From a virus (Duplodnaviria > Caudoviricetes): a stretch of 64,000 bases of DNA. This document shows, piece after piece, positions 33,445-43,601 of this stretch. Below the pieces are notes generated by a model. That model saw only the letters and a program-made list of their open reading frames with translations, did not search any database and was not told the origin of the DNA. The stretch covers positions 1 to 64,000 of the IMG/VR virus record IMGVR_UViG_3300013830_000002; one strand, written 5' to 3'. Numbering within the stretch: the first letter of the stretch is position 1; each line of letters starts with the position of its first letter. The translations under genes and the position numbers were made by a program.

Positions 33445-34305
33445 ATGAAGATAATTGAACCAAAGGTAGAACTCTTGAGTGAGATAGGCATCTCTCTAGA
33501 GTCTCATATAGCAAGATGCAGTAGAATTTGCTATGGACATGAGGATAAGGAACCTAATCAAGAGGCTGATGAAAAGATGGTAGATGGTCTTATTAAAAGA
33601 GGACATCTATCAATGCTTAGGCATGCAAGTATGTATATTAGTCACTTAGAGGATATTCCTCAATATTTTTTTGAGCATATTAGAAATTCAGATTACTGGA
33701 AGTATGATTTAAAATATGGATATGCTTCTACAAACCTTCAAGAGTTTATGCAACAAGAAGTTGAGAAGGAGCCAGTAACAGTTGAAAGCAATGAACATGT
33801 TTTAGAGGAATGTTCAAAGAATCCAGAGCTTTTTGAACTCTATAGAATGACTTTCTGTATTACTACGCAGATTTCTACTAGTAGAGAGCTTAATAGATGT
33901 AGTCCAAATGCAATTGCAGAAAGGAGTACCAGATATTGCTCTTCAAAGGATGGCTTACTGATATGCAGACCTTGGTGGCTCAAAAGCTCAAAAGAAGATA
34001 TTGTAGAGGAGTGCTGCCCACTTAATGATTGTTCATATTATGAAGCAATGTCAAACATTGAGTTAGCTTATAAAATCCTTATTCATGATGGCATGAAACC
34101 AGAGGATGCAAGAGGTATTCTACCATTAGATACTGCTACTAAGGTTATCTATACTTATAGTATAAGAGAATGGCAGCACATCTTAGACCTTAGACTATAT
34201 GATAAGACTGGCATAGCACATCCAAATGTTCATGTAGTTATGCAGATGGTTAAAGACCAGATTAATAACTTTGCTAAAGAACATAATATTGATTACCAAG
34301 TGTAA
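33445..34305 (+). CDS. thyX: ThyX-like flavin-dependent thymidylate synthase paralogue (atypical motif)
   Basis: RICY, GHLSM, ERSTRYC, PEDARGILP; RHR motif replaced by RCS. Confidence 0.75.
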   Translation: MKIIEPKVELLSEIGISLESHIARCSRICYGHEDKEPNQEADEKMVDGLIKRGHLSMLRHASMYISHLEDIPQYFFEHIRNSDYWKYDLKYGYASTNLQEFMQQEVEKEPVTVESNEHVLEECSKNPELFELYRMTFCITTQISTSRELNRCSPNAIAERSTRYCSSKDGLLICRPWWLKSSKEDIVEECCPLNDCSYYEAMSNIELAYKILIHDGMKPEDARGILPLDTATKVIYTYSIREWQHILDLRLYDKTGIAHPNVHVVMQMVKDQINNFAKEHNIDYQV

Positions 34306-34608
34306 ATAATAAAACTATGAAATACATATTATATATTATATTCTTATTAGGCTATATATTTTTTGCAATATCTATTTTTACAAGTAAGGATAGTGCAAGT
34401 AGTGATTTTGCAATGTTTGGATTATTAACTTCACTTTATTGTCCTTTTGCAATAGCTATATGTAAATTGTATAATATAGGTTAACATAGGTGAAGGAGAA
34501 TGATGAAAGATAGTGTAATGTGGAGTATTCTTGCTGTAATAGGGATAATTTGTTTCTATATAACAATAAAGCTATTCTTTGATGATAATGATTAAAGTTG
34601 AATAAGTT

Positions 34609-34926
34609 ATGAATCATTTCCAAATAACTCTTAGGGAGTATAAAGATGATGGATTCGTGGGTCATGTACAAATGGGTACTGATATAAAATATCCAAATGA
34701 TAAACGTGTATATATACGTGACCTGTATATAATTAAAGCCTTTAGACACAAGGGTTGGGGCACTAAATTGATGTGTAGACTTCTTGATACTTGTAAGAAA
34801 TTAGATATTCATCAAGTATATTTATGGTGCTTGCCAAAACTAATTTCTTTCTATAAAGATTTTGGAGCTGAAGATACACATCTAATCAGTAAGGGGTATC
34901 ATTTCATGAAGATAAAAATCAAATAA
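34609..34926 (+). CDS. GNAT family acetyltransferase
   Basis: FRHKGWGTKLM, FYKDFG. Confidence 0.82.
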   Translation: MNHFQITLREYKDDGFVGHVQMGTDIKYPNDKRVYIRDLYIIKAFRHKGWGTKLMCRLLDTCKKLDIHQVYLWCLPKLISFYKDFGAEDTHLISKGYHFMKIKIK

Positions 34927-34939
34927 ATATCAATAAGTT

Positions 34940-35353
34940 ATGAAAGATGAGCAAAAAGTCTACATTAGAGGTAATGCAAAGAGATATAAGGAGGTAATTA
35001 AAACTCTGACAGATTTAGGAGGTCACATTTCTTATTCTTTCTATGATGGAAAGAATGAGAATGTGTATTATTTTATAGGTCCTGATGGAGAGATAAGTAG
35101 TGTATCTAAAGAAGAAAGTACACTATATTCCTTTATTAAGGAGTTCTATAAGGAAATCACATTGTCAAAATTGAAGCCAAAGGTAGGCAGTGCATATTTC
35201 TGTATTAATACATTTGGAAAAGTAGTAGTAAAAGAATGGGAGGACTCAGAAGATGATAATTTACTCTATAAATTTGGTAACTGCTTTATCACTGATAATG
35301 AAGCTGAGAAAGTTAGAAGTAAAATCTTTAATATGCTAAATTATGAAAGATGA
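34940..35353 (+). CDS. hypothetical protein, paralogue A
   Basis: MKDEQKVY...YKFGNCF. Confidence 0.8.
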   Translation: MKDEQKVYIRGNAKRYKEVIKTLTDLGGHISYSFYDGKNENVYYFIGPDGEISSVSKEESTLYSFIKEFYKEITLSKLKPKVGSAYFCINTFGKVVVKEWEDSEDDNLLYKFGNCFITDNEAEKVRSKIFNMLNYER

Positions 35354-35747
35354 GCAAAAAGTATATCTTAAAGGAGACTCAGAAAGAGGTGATGAAGTTA
35401 TTAAAATCCTTGAAGGTTTAGGAGGTAATAACCCAGAATGCCATACAGGAAATCTTGAAGAGGCTCTATACTATATAAACCCAAGAGGCACAATAGTATG
35501 TGTATTTGAATATGATTACTCGGAATATTCATTAGTTAAGGAGTTTTATAAAGAAGTTAAGCTACCAAGATGGAAGCCAAAAAGTAATGAGTGCTATTAC
35601 TTTATTGAGGATAGAGGAAAGACAATACAAAGTATGTGGGCTAACACGAATACAGATAATTTACGTTATAAATTTGGTAACTGTTTTAGAACACCAAAAG
35701 AAGCAGAAACAGTAAGTAATAAAATTAAAGAAATACTAAATCAGTAA
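35343..35747 (+). CDS. hypothetical protein, paralogue B
   Basis: MKDEQKVY...YKFGNCF. Confidence 0.8.
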   Translation: MKDEQKVYLKGDSERGDEVIKILEGLGGNNPECHTGNLEEALYYINPRGTIVCVFEYDYSEYSLVKEFYKEVKLPRWKPKSNECYYFIEDRGKTIQSMWANTNTDNLRYKFGNCFRTPKEAETVSNKIKEILNQ

Positions 35748-35817
35748 GTATATCAGTATTAATATTCATTATCAGAATAATAGTAGGTTACATATTGCTT
35801 GCAATCTGCTATTATCT

Positions 35818-36279
35818 TTGGAACAAATTAATGGAATAACTATGATTACACTAAAGTATTGGAACAGCCTGTCTACTGATTGTAGAAAAGCTATAGTTAG
35901 AATAATAAGCAATAATTCTGACCATGATAATGAGATAGTCCTACCCTACCATCATAGCTTTGACTATGATATTACAGGAAAGAAACTAAAGGCTTATCTC
36001 AGTAGGATATTCCTTACTAAGGATAAGAAGCTTAGGGTATTCACTGAGCTTTTGCCTACCTTTGCACCTTCAGAAAGAACTATTAAAAGAGTTCAGAAAA
36101 AGCAGGTAAAAAACAATTATCCTGTAATGCACAGATACTACTTTAGAATGTACACTGAAAGTGACCCTGAGGATGGAGAGACTGTATGGGAGGATGCCTA
36201 TAGTGAGTCTGAAGCTAGAAATATGGTATATGATGACTTTCATAGTATTGCTGAACTTGATTTAATAAAAGTAGTGTAA
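35818..36279 (+). CDS. hypothetical protein
   Basis: ORF; start may be an internal ATG. Confidence 0.7.
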   Translation: MEQINGITMITLKYWNSLSTDCRKAIVRIISNNSDHDNEIVLPYHHSFDYDITGKKLKAYLSRIFLTKDKKLRVFTELLPTFAPSERTIKRVQKKQVKNNYPVMHRYYFRMYTESDPEDGETVWEDAYSESEARNMVYDDFHSIAELDLIKVV

Positions 36280-36319
36280 GTTTAGATTTATATGTTATAT
36301 CTCTTAATAAACATAATAT

Positions 36320-36517
36320 ATGGCAAAAAACTATAAAAACTATGCTGTGGGGGATAAGGTAATTATTCTTCACAGTCACATTGATGATATTGGTCAAACT
36401 GGTGTAATTACAGAGGTAAGGCATAGTTTCTGTAAGATAGAAATTGCTGGAAAGGAAAGAAACCATACCTACGGCCAATTCAAGAAAGTTTCAGATGAAA
36501 AAGTAACAGATAAATAA
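36320..36517 (+). CDS. small KOW/SH3-like protein
   Basis: VGDKVII...GQTGVITEV. Confidence 0.65.
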   Translation: MAKNYKNYAVGDKVIILHSHIDDIGQTGVITEVRHSFCKIEIAGKERNHTYGQFKKVSDEKVTDK

Positions 36518-36529
36518 TTTCTGCCAGAA

Positions 36530-37390
36530 ATGATAGAAAGTGGATATTATCCTCCAGATATAAATAGAATAGAGGGTGAAGAGTGGAAGCCTTGCCCTGA
36601 ATTTGAAACAAAGTATCTTGTAAGCAACAAAGGAAGAATCTATAGTTGCGGTACTTATAATACTTGTAAAAGAGGGCTTCTAAAGCTACATCAGAAGCAT
36701 GGGAGGAATGGATATATGCAAGCAAGATTCTACGATAATGGTAGAGCTAAGACTATAGAAATTCATAGACTTGTTGCATTAGCCTTTATTCCTAATCCAG
36801 ATAATCTTCCTATGATTAATCATATCAATGAAGATAAAACAGATAACAGAGTAGAAAATCTTGAGTGGTGTGATAATCGGTATAATATAAGATATAGTAA
36901 TGCAGTCCCTGTAGATGTGTATAAGGAAGATGGAACCTTTATAGAATCTATTTCTGCAATTACAGATGCTTCTATTAAGTATAATATACCTGTCTCTAAC
37001 ATAAGTAGATGTTGCAAACATAAGAATGGCTATACTAATCATTTACAGTTTAGATACAAGGGAGAACCTTTCTGTTCTAAGATTAGAATTAACAGAAAAT
37101 CTATAGAATATCATATTTATCATGGAATACATTCGAGAGAGTTCTACTTTCATAAGATACTTCAATATTCTCTACAGGGAAAATTTATAAAGGAGTTTCC
37201 ATCTGTTGCTGAAGCATATAAAGAGACTGGTGTAGCGAGGTCAAATATAAGAAAATGCTGCAAAGGAAATATTTGTACCTCTGGTGGATTTATATTTTTC
37301 TATAATACTCCTACAAGGGAAGAGCTGGATAAAAGAATAGAAAGAATTAATAGCAAAAGAAATAAGCTAAAGATAGAGAAATATGTATAA
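36530..37390 (+). CDS. free-standing NUMOD4-HNH-NUMOD1 homing endonuclease
   Basis: EEWKP..YLVSNKGRI, HRLVALAFIPNP, INHINEDKTDNRVENLEW. Confidence 0.9.
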   Translation: MIESGYYPPDINRIEGEEWKPCPEFETKYLVSNKGRIYSCGTYNTCKRGLLKLHQKHGRNGYMQARFYDNGRAKTIEIHRLVALAFIPNPDNLPMINHINEDKTDNRVENLEWCDNRYNIRYSNAVPVDVYKEDGTFIESISAITDASIKYNIPVSNISRCCKHKNGYTNHLQFRYKGEPFCSKIRINRKSIEYHIYHGIHSREFYFHKILQYSLQGKFIKEFPSVAEAYKETGVARSNIRKCCKGNICTSGGFIFFYNTPTREELDKRIERINSKRNKLKIEKYV

Positions 37391-37847
37391 TAACTATGAT
37401 TATCCAATGGGTGCTGATACTCCAGATGCCCTTTGGAACCAAGAAGACCCTCCTGAAGTAGAAGTAGATGTTACTGCTTCACATACTGTCAGCAGGGATA
37501 CAACAATAACTACTACAGATTATACAGATACTTTTGAAAATGGTTTTGAATGTGGTGATTTGAATGGTGATTATGAAAGTCAACATAAAGGACCTATTGA
37601 GCTTATTAATATTCTACAAGAAGAGTTACTTCCTGAGTATAATAAGCTAAAGGAGAAAATAACTTTCTTTAAGCATCTTCGTCATAAAAACATGATGGCA
37701 GAACCTGTTAATGGAAGTTATATAAATCCTAAGATAAAATCTGCAGAACCTACACAAAGAGAATATAGAAGATTTCATTATCTTGCTGGCATTCTTGAAG
37801 ATTGTAAAGGTTGGGTAGAAGATGAATCTGAAGTAGTAATGAATTAA
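37383..37847 (+). CDS. hypothetical protein
   Basis: YPMGADTPDALWNQ start. Confidence 0.75.
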   Translation: MYNNYDYPMGADTPDALWNQEDPPEVEVDVTASHTVSRDTTITTTDYTDTFENGFECGDLNGDYESQHKGPIELINILQEELLPEYNKLKEKITFFKHLRHKNMMAEPVNGSYINPKIKSAEPTQREYRRFHYLAGILEDCKGWVEDESEVVMN

Positions 37848-37851
37848 TTAG

Positions 37852-38082
37852 ATGAATTTACTAGGAATTATAGCATTCATAATAATGGCATTACTGCTGA
37901 TTTTCTTTATTTCAATATTTACAGTCAGAAAATGTCCAAGGTGTGGAGGTTCAATGTATTGTATTTATACTGAAAAGGGAGTAAGTGGCAGTACACTATT
38001 TTCAATTTGGAAATGTGACAGTTGCGGATATATTGAAACAATTCACACGATTAATACAGGTATAGGCAATGACAGACATTGA
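37852..38082 (+). CDS. membrane-anchored Zn-ribbon protein
   Basis: TM helix, CPRC...CDSC. Confidence 0.7.
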   Translation: MNLLGIIAFIIMALLLIFFISIFTVRKCPRCGGSMYCIYTEKGVSGSTLFSIWKCDSCGYIETIHTINTGIGNDRH

Positions 38083-38536
38083 ATATGATTTTTTATCTCC
38101 TGGAGACACTATTATAAATGAAGGCAGTATTTCGAGAAACCTGCCTGCTGAGTTGCAAATACCGAATCTTGTAGTATACATCAGAGATATTGATGGAAGT
38201 TTTGCTACTCTAGTATTTAATGGCAAATCCTATCAGAATATTCCAAGGCGGGAAATAACTGCCTGTTTTTCAATGGGAAGTTGCAAGAGATACAATGAAT
38301 CCCTGAAGTGGGAAGCCTACGATAAGGATAATTGGTACTTCAAGACGAAATTAGGGTACATCGAGATTTTAAAACATAAAGACTATTGGATTGCTTCATT
38401 TTCCAATATGTTTATAAACAAAAGTAATGACCTTGATGAGTTGAAAAGAGTTGCCATTGAGTGGGTAAAAGATAAAGCAGCTGAACTCATTACTGATATG
38501 AGGGTTGCACTTAATAATATTTTACAAACAAAATAA
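38069..38536 (+). CDS. hypothetical protein
   Basis: 155 aa ORF. Confidence 0.7.
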   Translation: MTDIEYDFLSPGDTIINEGSISRNLPAELQIPNLVVYIRDIDGSFATLVFNGKSYQNIPRREITACFSMGSCKRYNESLKWEAYDKDNWYFKTKLGYIEILKHKDYWIASFSNMFINKSNDLDELKRVAIEWVKDKAAELITDMRVALNNILQTK

Positions 38537-38539
38537 ATT

Positions 38540-38833
38540 ATGTTCTACATTAATCAAAAGAAAGTAAAGGAAGCAATGGAAAAGCTTCCTGATTTGAAGA
38601 AAACTGCAGAAATGATGTCAAGCCCTGATTATAAGGAAAGATTCAAGGCTGAATACTATCAGTTGTACATCAGATACTACAAACTTCTTTCGATGGTGCT
38701 TAGCTGGGATGCAGGAACTCTTCAATTTACACCTACATGCCCACGTTCAACTTATGACGAACAGCTAAAGTATATGGAAGGTTATATGAATGTACTTGAA
38801 GCAAGGGCAAAAATGGAGAATATAGACCTGTAA
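38540..38833 (+). CDS. crAss001_48-like helical protein
   Basis: DYKERFKAEYYQL...QLKYMEGYMNVLEARA. Confidence 0.75.
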   Translation: MFYINQKKVKEAMEKLPDLKKTAEMMSSPDYKERFKAEYYQLYIRYYKLLSMVLSWDAGTLQFTPTCPRSTYDEQLKYMEGYMNVLEARAKMENIDL

Positions 38834-38850
38834 ATATAAAAAAAGAAACA

Positions 38851-39528
38851 ATGTCAAATAAAGTATTTTTAGGAGGTACTTGTAATGGTTCAACATGGAG
38901 AGATGAACTTATTCAAATGCTGAAGATAGATTACTTTAATCCTGTTGTACCTGACTGGACTCCTGAATGTCAGCAGAAAGAAATTGCTGAAAAGCAAATA
39001 TGCAAGATTCATCTGTATGTAATTACTCCACAGCAGAAAGGTCTCTTCACTCCTGCAGAAATCATTGATTCTTCCCATAATAAACAAGTGCTTACTGTTG
39101 TAGGAATGATAGGTGATTTTGATGAAGCTATGAAACGTTCAGTAAAGGCTGTTTGTGACATGGCCAAAAAGAATGGAGCTATTATCTGTGGTAGTGTTAT
39201 TGGGATAGGATATGTACTTAATGCATTTAAGTATACAGATATTAAATTCCGTAACAGACTACTTAGTCTTGGATGGAAAGAAACTGTTCACATTCATACT
39301 GATGTGGTTTATATAAAGTATGAACATAAGAATCCTGATTTAGATTTGACTTTATCAGGCGGTGGAGACATTATGTATCTTAATGGTAAACTCTACTGTG
39401 GAACTCTTGGAAATATACCAATTCCTACTCCAAATGACCTTGATAATATTCTGTATAGTTTAGGCTATTTTGCATCAGGGGACAAGTATGTTATGAGAGA
39501 GAACTTTAAACAAATGTTATCTAACTGA
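38851..39528 (+). CDS. nucleoside 2-deoxyribosyltransferase-like domain protein
   Basis: VFLGGTCNGSTWR, YFNPVVPDW. Confidence 0.75.
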   Translation: MSNKVFLGGTCNGSTWRDELIQMLKIDYFNPVVPDWTPECQQKEIAEKQICKIHLYVITPQQKGLFTPAEIIDSSHNKQVLTVVGMIGDFDEAMKRSVKAVCDMAKKNGAIICGSVIGIGYVLNAFKYTDIKFRNRLLSLGWKETVHIHTDVVYIKYEHKNPDLDLTLSGGGDIMYLNGKLYCGTLGNIPIPTPNDLDNILYSLGYFASGDKYVMRENFKQMLSN

Positions 39529-40028
39529 TGAAAAAATACATTTTTATAGACCTTGATGGTACACTTATAAATACTGTTTCAGGCAAGACTTTTGCAGAGG
39601 ATGTCACTGACTTCAGAATCAGAAAAAATGTTCTTGACAAACTTAAGGAAATGAAACCTGAATTTATATTTATAGTCACCAACCAAGGAGGTATTCCTAA
39701 GTATACAACTGAAGGAGACTTCAGAGCCAAGCTTTCAGCAATAGCAAAGTTCACTGGATTATATACCCGTGTTCCTACTCAGGCAATGTATTGTGCCTCT
39801 ATGGATAAGGACAATCCATATAGGAAGCCTAACACAGGGATGCTTGAAACGTTGCTTAAAACCTATGTCAAGAAAGTTCCTGATTTCAAGGAGATGTTGA
39901 TGATAGGAGATGCTTCTAGCAAGGAAGGGCAATTCTCTGACAGTGACAAGAAAACGGCAGAAAACTTCAAGATTGATTATATCGACGTTAAAGATTTTCT
40001 GAAAGAAGAACCAAAAGATGAAGTATAA
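39528..40028 (+). CDS. HAD-IIIA phosphatase (polynucleotide 3'-phosphatase-like)
   Basis: DLDGTL, VTNQGG, RKPNTGM, IGD...SDSD. Confidence 0.88.
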   Translation: MKKYIFIDLDGTLINTVSGKTFAEDVTDFRIRKNVLDKLKEMKPEFIFIVTNQGGIPKYTTEGDFRAKLSAIAKFTGLYTRVPTQAMYCASMDKDNPYRKPNTGMLETLLKTYVKKVPDFKEMLMIGDASSKEGQFSDSDKKTAENFKIDYIDVKDFLKEEPKDEV

Positions 40029-40078
40029 ATATGATATGCAATTTTATAAATTAACATGGTTATTTAAAGGAATGCAAT

Positions 40079-40267
40079 ATGGAAACAACAAATAAGTCAC
40101 ATAGAAACAATATATTCTGGATATTTGCTATGGTAGTGGTAGTTGCTTTTGCCTCTGTAAAAATAGCAGAAATCAAGTCTGGTGAAGATACCGGAATTCA
40201 ATATCAGCAGATATACCAGAAGCTCAACACTATTGAAAATAAAATTGACACTTTAAGATTTGACTGA
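40079..40267 (+). CDS. small membrane protein
   Basis: TM helix. Confidence 0.6.
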   Translation: METTNKSHRNNIFWIFAMVVVVAFASVKIAEIKSGEDTGIQYQQIYQKLNTIENKIDTLRFD

Positions 40268-40275
40268 TTAATAAC

Positions 40276-40578
40276 ATGAAGAAACTAGTATTGATAATTG
40301 TATTTACAATTCTATTATCTGCAGTTTTTATAGGTGCTATATTATATGTGGACTATAAAATCAAGGACAAGGGAAATACATATCTTATAGAATATGCAGT
40401 TTATTACCCTGATGGGCCACAAGTATTCAGTGATTATTCAAAAGGGAAAATAGACTATTACAGTGAAAGAGGTTCCAATAAACTGCTCTATATAGGCAAG
40501 AAATCAGGTGATTTGGAAGGAATTTCCACAACTTGCCCTGTAAAGATAATCAAATACAGGAAAATAACAAATAATTAA
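40276..40578 (+). CDS. membrane-anchored hypothetical protein
   Basis: N-terminal TM helix. Confidence 0.65.
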   Translation: MKKLVLIIVFTILLSAVFIGAILYVDYKIKDKGNTYLIEYAVYYPDGPQVFSDYSKGKIDYYSERGSNKLLYIGKKSGDLEGISTTCPVKIIKYRKITNN

Positions 40579-40586
40579 ATGCTGAT

Positions 40587-40700
40587 ATGACATTTGCAGA
40601 AGCAATTAAAGCTGTCTATGAAAGCAAAAAAGTAGTCCTCCCAGAATGAAAGGGCTACTGGTTTTTAGGTAAAGAAAGGATTGGAAAACAATTTAACTAA
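40587..40700 (+). pseudogene. truncated DUF2829/Tad2-like remnant with in-frame TGA
   Basis: MTFAEAIKAVYESKKVVLPE*KGYWF. Confidence 0.45.
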
Positions 40701-40718
40701 TAAAAAAAAATAACGATT

Positions 40719-41222
40719 ATGAAAAAGTTTTTGATTTTAATGATGTGCTTATTGTCACTTACATTCATGACTTCTTGTAAAGAGCATTTTTCTGATGGTG
40801 AAAGAGTTGGTACAGTGGTAAAATTCTCTAAAGCAGGAGTTATCTGGGATTCATGGGATGGCGATTTAAATCTTACTGCCACAGGAATGAACACGTCAGG
40901 AGAGCCATTTGCATTCTCTTTTGATAATGATAGAAATGACCAGGACTCACTGATTAATCTGTTGGTTGATGCTCAGAGATATGGCTGGAAAGTAAAAATT
41001 ATCTATCATCAGGTTTGAGGATTGAAAAATATCTGCAAGAATCGTGGTGAAAGTGATTACTTTGTTGATGATGTTGAAGTGCTTGACAAGAACTTTGCCA
41101 AACCTCTTGGTGGAATAAGTTCTAAGTCAGAACCTGTCACAAAAGGAAGAGTTGTTGATACTGTTTGGGTAGTTATTGATAAAAGCCAGCTCCCTAAAAA
41201 AGGTAATCATGAATGCAAATGA
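40719..41222 (+). CDS. lipoprotein interrupted by an in-frame TGA (41016-41018)
   Basis: Lipobox MTSC; both track fragments are in the same frame. Confidence 0.65.
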
Positions 41223-41347
41223 TAATATCCTTGATTTAAGAAGGCCCCTTGAGACAAATGACCCTAATTTAATTAGAGCTACTATAATTGTAGACAAGTG
41301 GGCAAACAGATATTTCAGATACTGCTAAGATTTTTAACAAAAATAAC

Positions 41348-42178
41348 ATGAAATTACTTCATCAATCAATTGAATTACTTCCTCAAGAACAAAATCTTGA
41401 GGAAGTTTACAAGAAAATAGAGCTTGTTGGAAGAACCTGTTATCAATCAGAATCTCATATAGGAGAAAAGCCTGCAAAGGATTTTGTTGACAGGATGATT
41501 AAGGCTCAGCATTTCTCTCCAGTAGAACATGGTACAATTTATCTTACTATACCTTATGGCTCAGAGGAAGTTAGTTGGTATGATAAGAACCCGTTTTCTA
41601 GAGTAACTTACTCTAAGGTAATAGATACTGGAGAAAAAAGAGCTCATATAACTACTAATCTCAGAGTTATTGCCGAATCTGGTCGATGGCTAGATTTAAA
41701 AAGGTACAGTTGTGCATGTTCTGAATTTCACATGAGAAGAGTTACTGTAAAGTGCATTACAAACAGACAGATTGCCAATGAGCTTGTAAGACACAGAGCC
41801 TTTTCTTTTATGCAAGAAAGTACCCGTTTCTGTAACTACTCTAAAGAAAAATTTGGTAATCATCTTACATTCATTATTCCTTCAAATATTCAAACTGACG
41901 ATGATATAAATCAAGAAATTTTAAATGCTTGGAAAAATACTGAGATGTCTTATCTGAAAGTAACTAGTGAATTTCATGCAAGACCTCAAGATGCAGCTCA
42001 GATTCTTCCATTAGGATTAAAAACCACAATTTATATGACTGGTTTCTTAGATGATTCAGGATGGAAGAATTTTATGAGTCTTAGATATTTTGAGAGTACT
42101 GGTCCAGTCCATCCTCTGATGAAGGAATTAAGCACTCTTATTTATAACAAAATGAAAAAAGAAGGATGGATTTCTTAA
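41348..42178 (+). CDS. thyX: flavin-dependent thymidylate synthase
   Basis: HFSPVEH, ELVRHRAFSFMQESTRFC. Confidence 0.92.
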   Translation: MKLLHQSIELLPQEQNLEEVYKKIELVGRTCYQSESHIGEKPAKDFVDRMIKAQHFSPVEHGTIYLTIPYGSEEVSWYDKNPFSRVTYSKVIDTGEKRAHITTNLRVIAESGRWLDLKRYSCACSEFHMRRVTVKCITNRQIANELVRHRAFSFMQESTRFCNYSKEKFGNHLTFIIPSNIQTDDDINQEILNAWKNTEMSYLKVTSEFHARPQDAAQILPLGLKTTIYMTGFLDDSGWKNFMSLRYFESTGPVHPLMKELSTLIYNKMKKEGWIS

Positions 42179-42543
42179 GGACTCTTCTTATTGATTTTCC
42201 AATCTTGCTGATAGTAGTGCTTGTCACAGGTGCTATTAGGTCAAAATTGGAAGGAAATTTTATTTGGTAATGGATAAGAATTATATTTTAGATTTGTATA
42301 AAAGTGGCTTGAATGTTGAAGACATTGCAGACGAAACAGGATATGAGGAAACTAAAATCCTGGAAGTAATAGATGAGTACGAAGGATTGGATTAAATAAA
42401 AGCAAATGAAAGATTGTTCATACTTTGTTATCCTTTCAATTTAATGGCCTTTCATCAGGAATTTCCTGATGTAATGGTTCATAAGAATTCAATGGGAACA
42501 TTACTTTATATGCCAGATTTAAATAATAATAAGAAAGAAAGAA

Positions 42544-43416
42544 ATGAGTAAAAAATTTGATTGCTGTTTTTGGACTGACGGGTCATACAGGCCTTCTAAA
42601 AATACCGGTGGAATAGGGGTTATTGAAGTCATTGATGGTAATGTAGTCTGGAAGCACTCTGAAGGATTTACAAATACTACCAATAACAGAATGGAAATGA
42701 GGGCATTGATAGTTGCTCTTGAACAAATCACCGAGCACATGAACTCAGTGATTATCTATTCTGATTCGCAGTATTGTCTTGGCTGTATCAACAAAAACTG
42801 GAAACGGGAGAAAAATACTGAAATGTGGCATGAGTTTGATGCTGCTCTGCATAGAGCACATCAGAAATGCAAATATATATCATTCAGGTATACCAAAGGA
42901 CATGATACAGATGAGTTCAATAACCTTGTTGACAAACTTGCAACTGAAGCAAGTGCTACTGTGACAGAGACTGCAGAAGTAGACAATGTAAACAAACTTG
43001 CAGTAATCCTGTGCAGGGGTATTCAAGGCTCAGGCAAGTCAACATGGGCAAAGAACTATTGCAGTGAGCATCCCGGCACAATAAGAGTAAATAGGGATGA
43101 TATAAGGGCAATGTTCAGTCAGAAATGGTCAAAAGAATTTGAGGAAATTGTCAAGCATACCGAGCTTCAGGCTTTACAGAAAGCTCTGTCTGTAGGTTAT
43201 AGTGTAGTAATCGATGATGTCTCGAACATGAGCTCATACACTATAAAGAACATTAAGTCTATTGTTCCTGAAGGAGTGAAAATCATCTATCAGGATTTCT
43301 TTGATATTTCTCTTGAAGAGTGTATTGAAAGGGATTCAAAAAGAGAACATCCAATAGGTGAGGAAATAATCAGGAATACTTACGAAAGGTATAAGGATAT
43401 TATTGATAAAAAATGA
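42544..43416 (+). CDS. RNase HI - polynucleotide kinase (AAA_33) fusion
   Basis: TDGS, TNNRMEM, SDSQY, KGH..NNLVDKLA; then GIQGSGKSTW, NRDDIR, ECIERD. Confidence 0.88.
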   Translation: MSKKFDCCFWTDGSYRPSKNTGGIGVIEVIDGNVVWKHSEGFTNTTNNRMEMRALIVALEQITEHMNSVIIYSDSQYCLGCINKNWKREKNTEMWHEFDAALHRAHQKCKYISFRYTKGHDTDEFNNLVDKLATEASATVTETAEVDNVNKLAVILCRGIQGSGKSTWAKNYCSEHPGTIRVNRDDIRAMFSQKWSKEFEEIVKHTELQALQKALSVGYSVVIDDVSNMSSYTIKNIKSIVPEGVKIIYQDFFDISLEECIERDSKREHPIGEEIIRNTYERYKDIIDKK

Positions 43417-43598
43417 TAGAACAGGTAACATTGTATGCTATTAAAACTCCACAAGGCTGGGCAACTCCTAATCATAGAGACACTAACCGTATTCAAAATG
43501 CCCAGTTTTATGGAAGGATTGGTACTGCTAAAACACGTTCAGAAGTTAAATATGGACAGGGAAAAGTAGTACCAATAAAGGCAACTTTAGAATACTAA
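43413..43598 (+). CDS. hypothetical protein
   Basis: ATGA-coupled ORF. Confidence 0.6.
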   Translation: MIEQVTLYAIKTPQGWATPNHRDTNRIQNAQFYGRIGTAKTRSEVKYGQGKVVPIKATLEY

Positions 43599-43601
43599 AA
43601 T

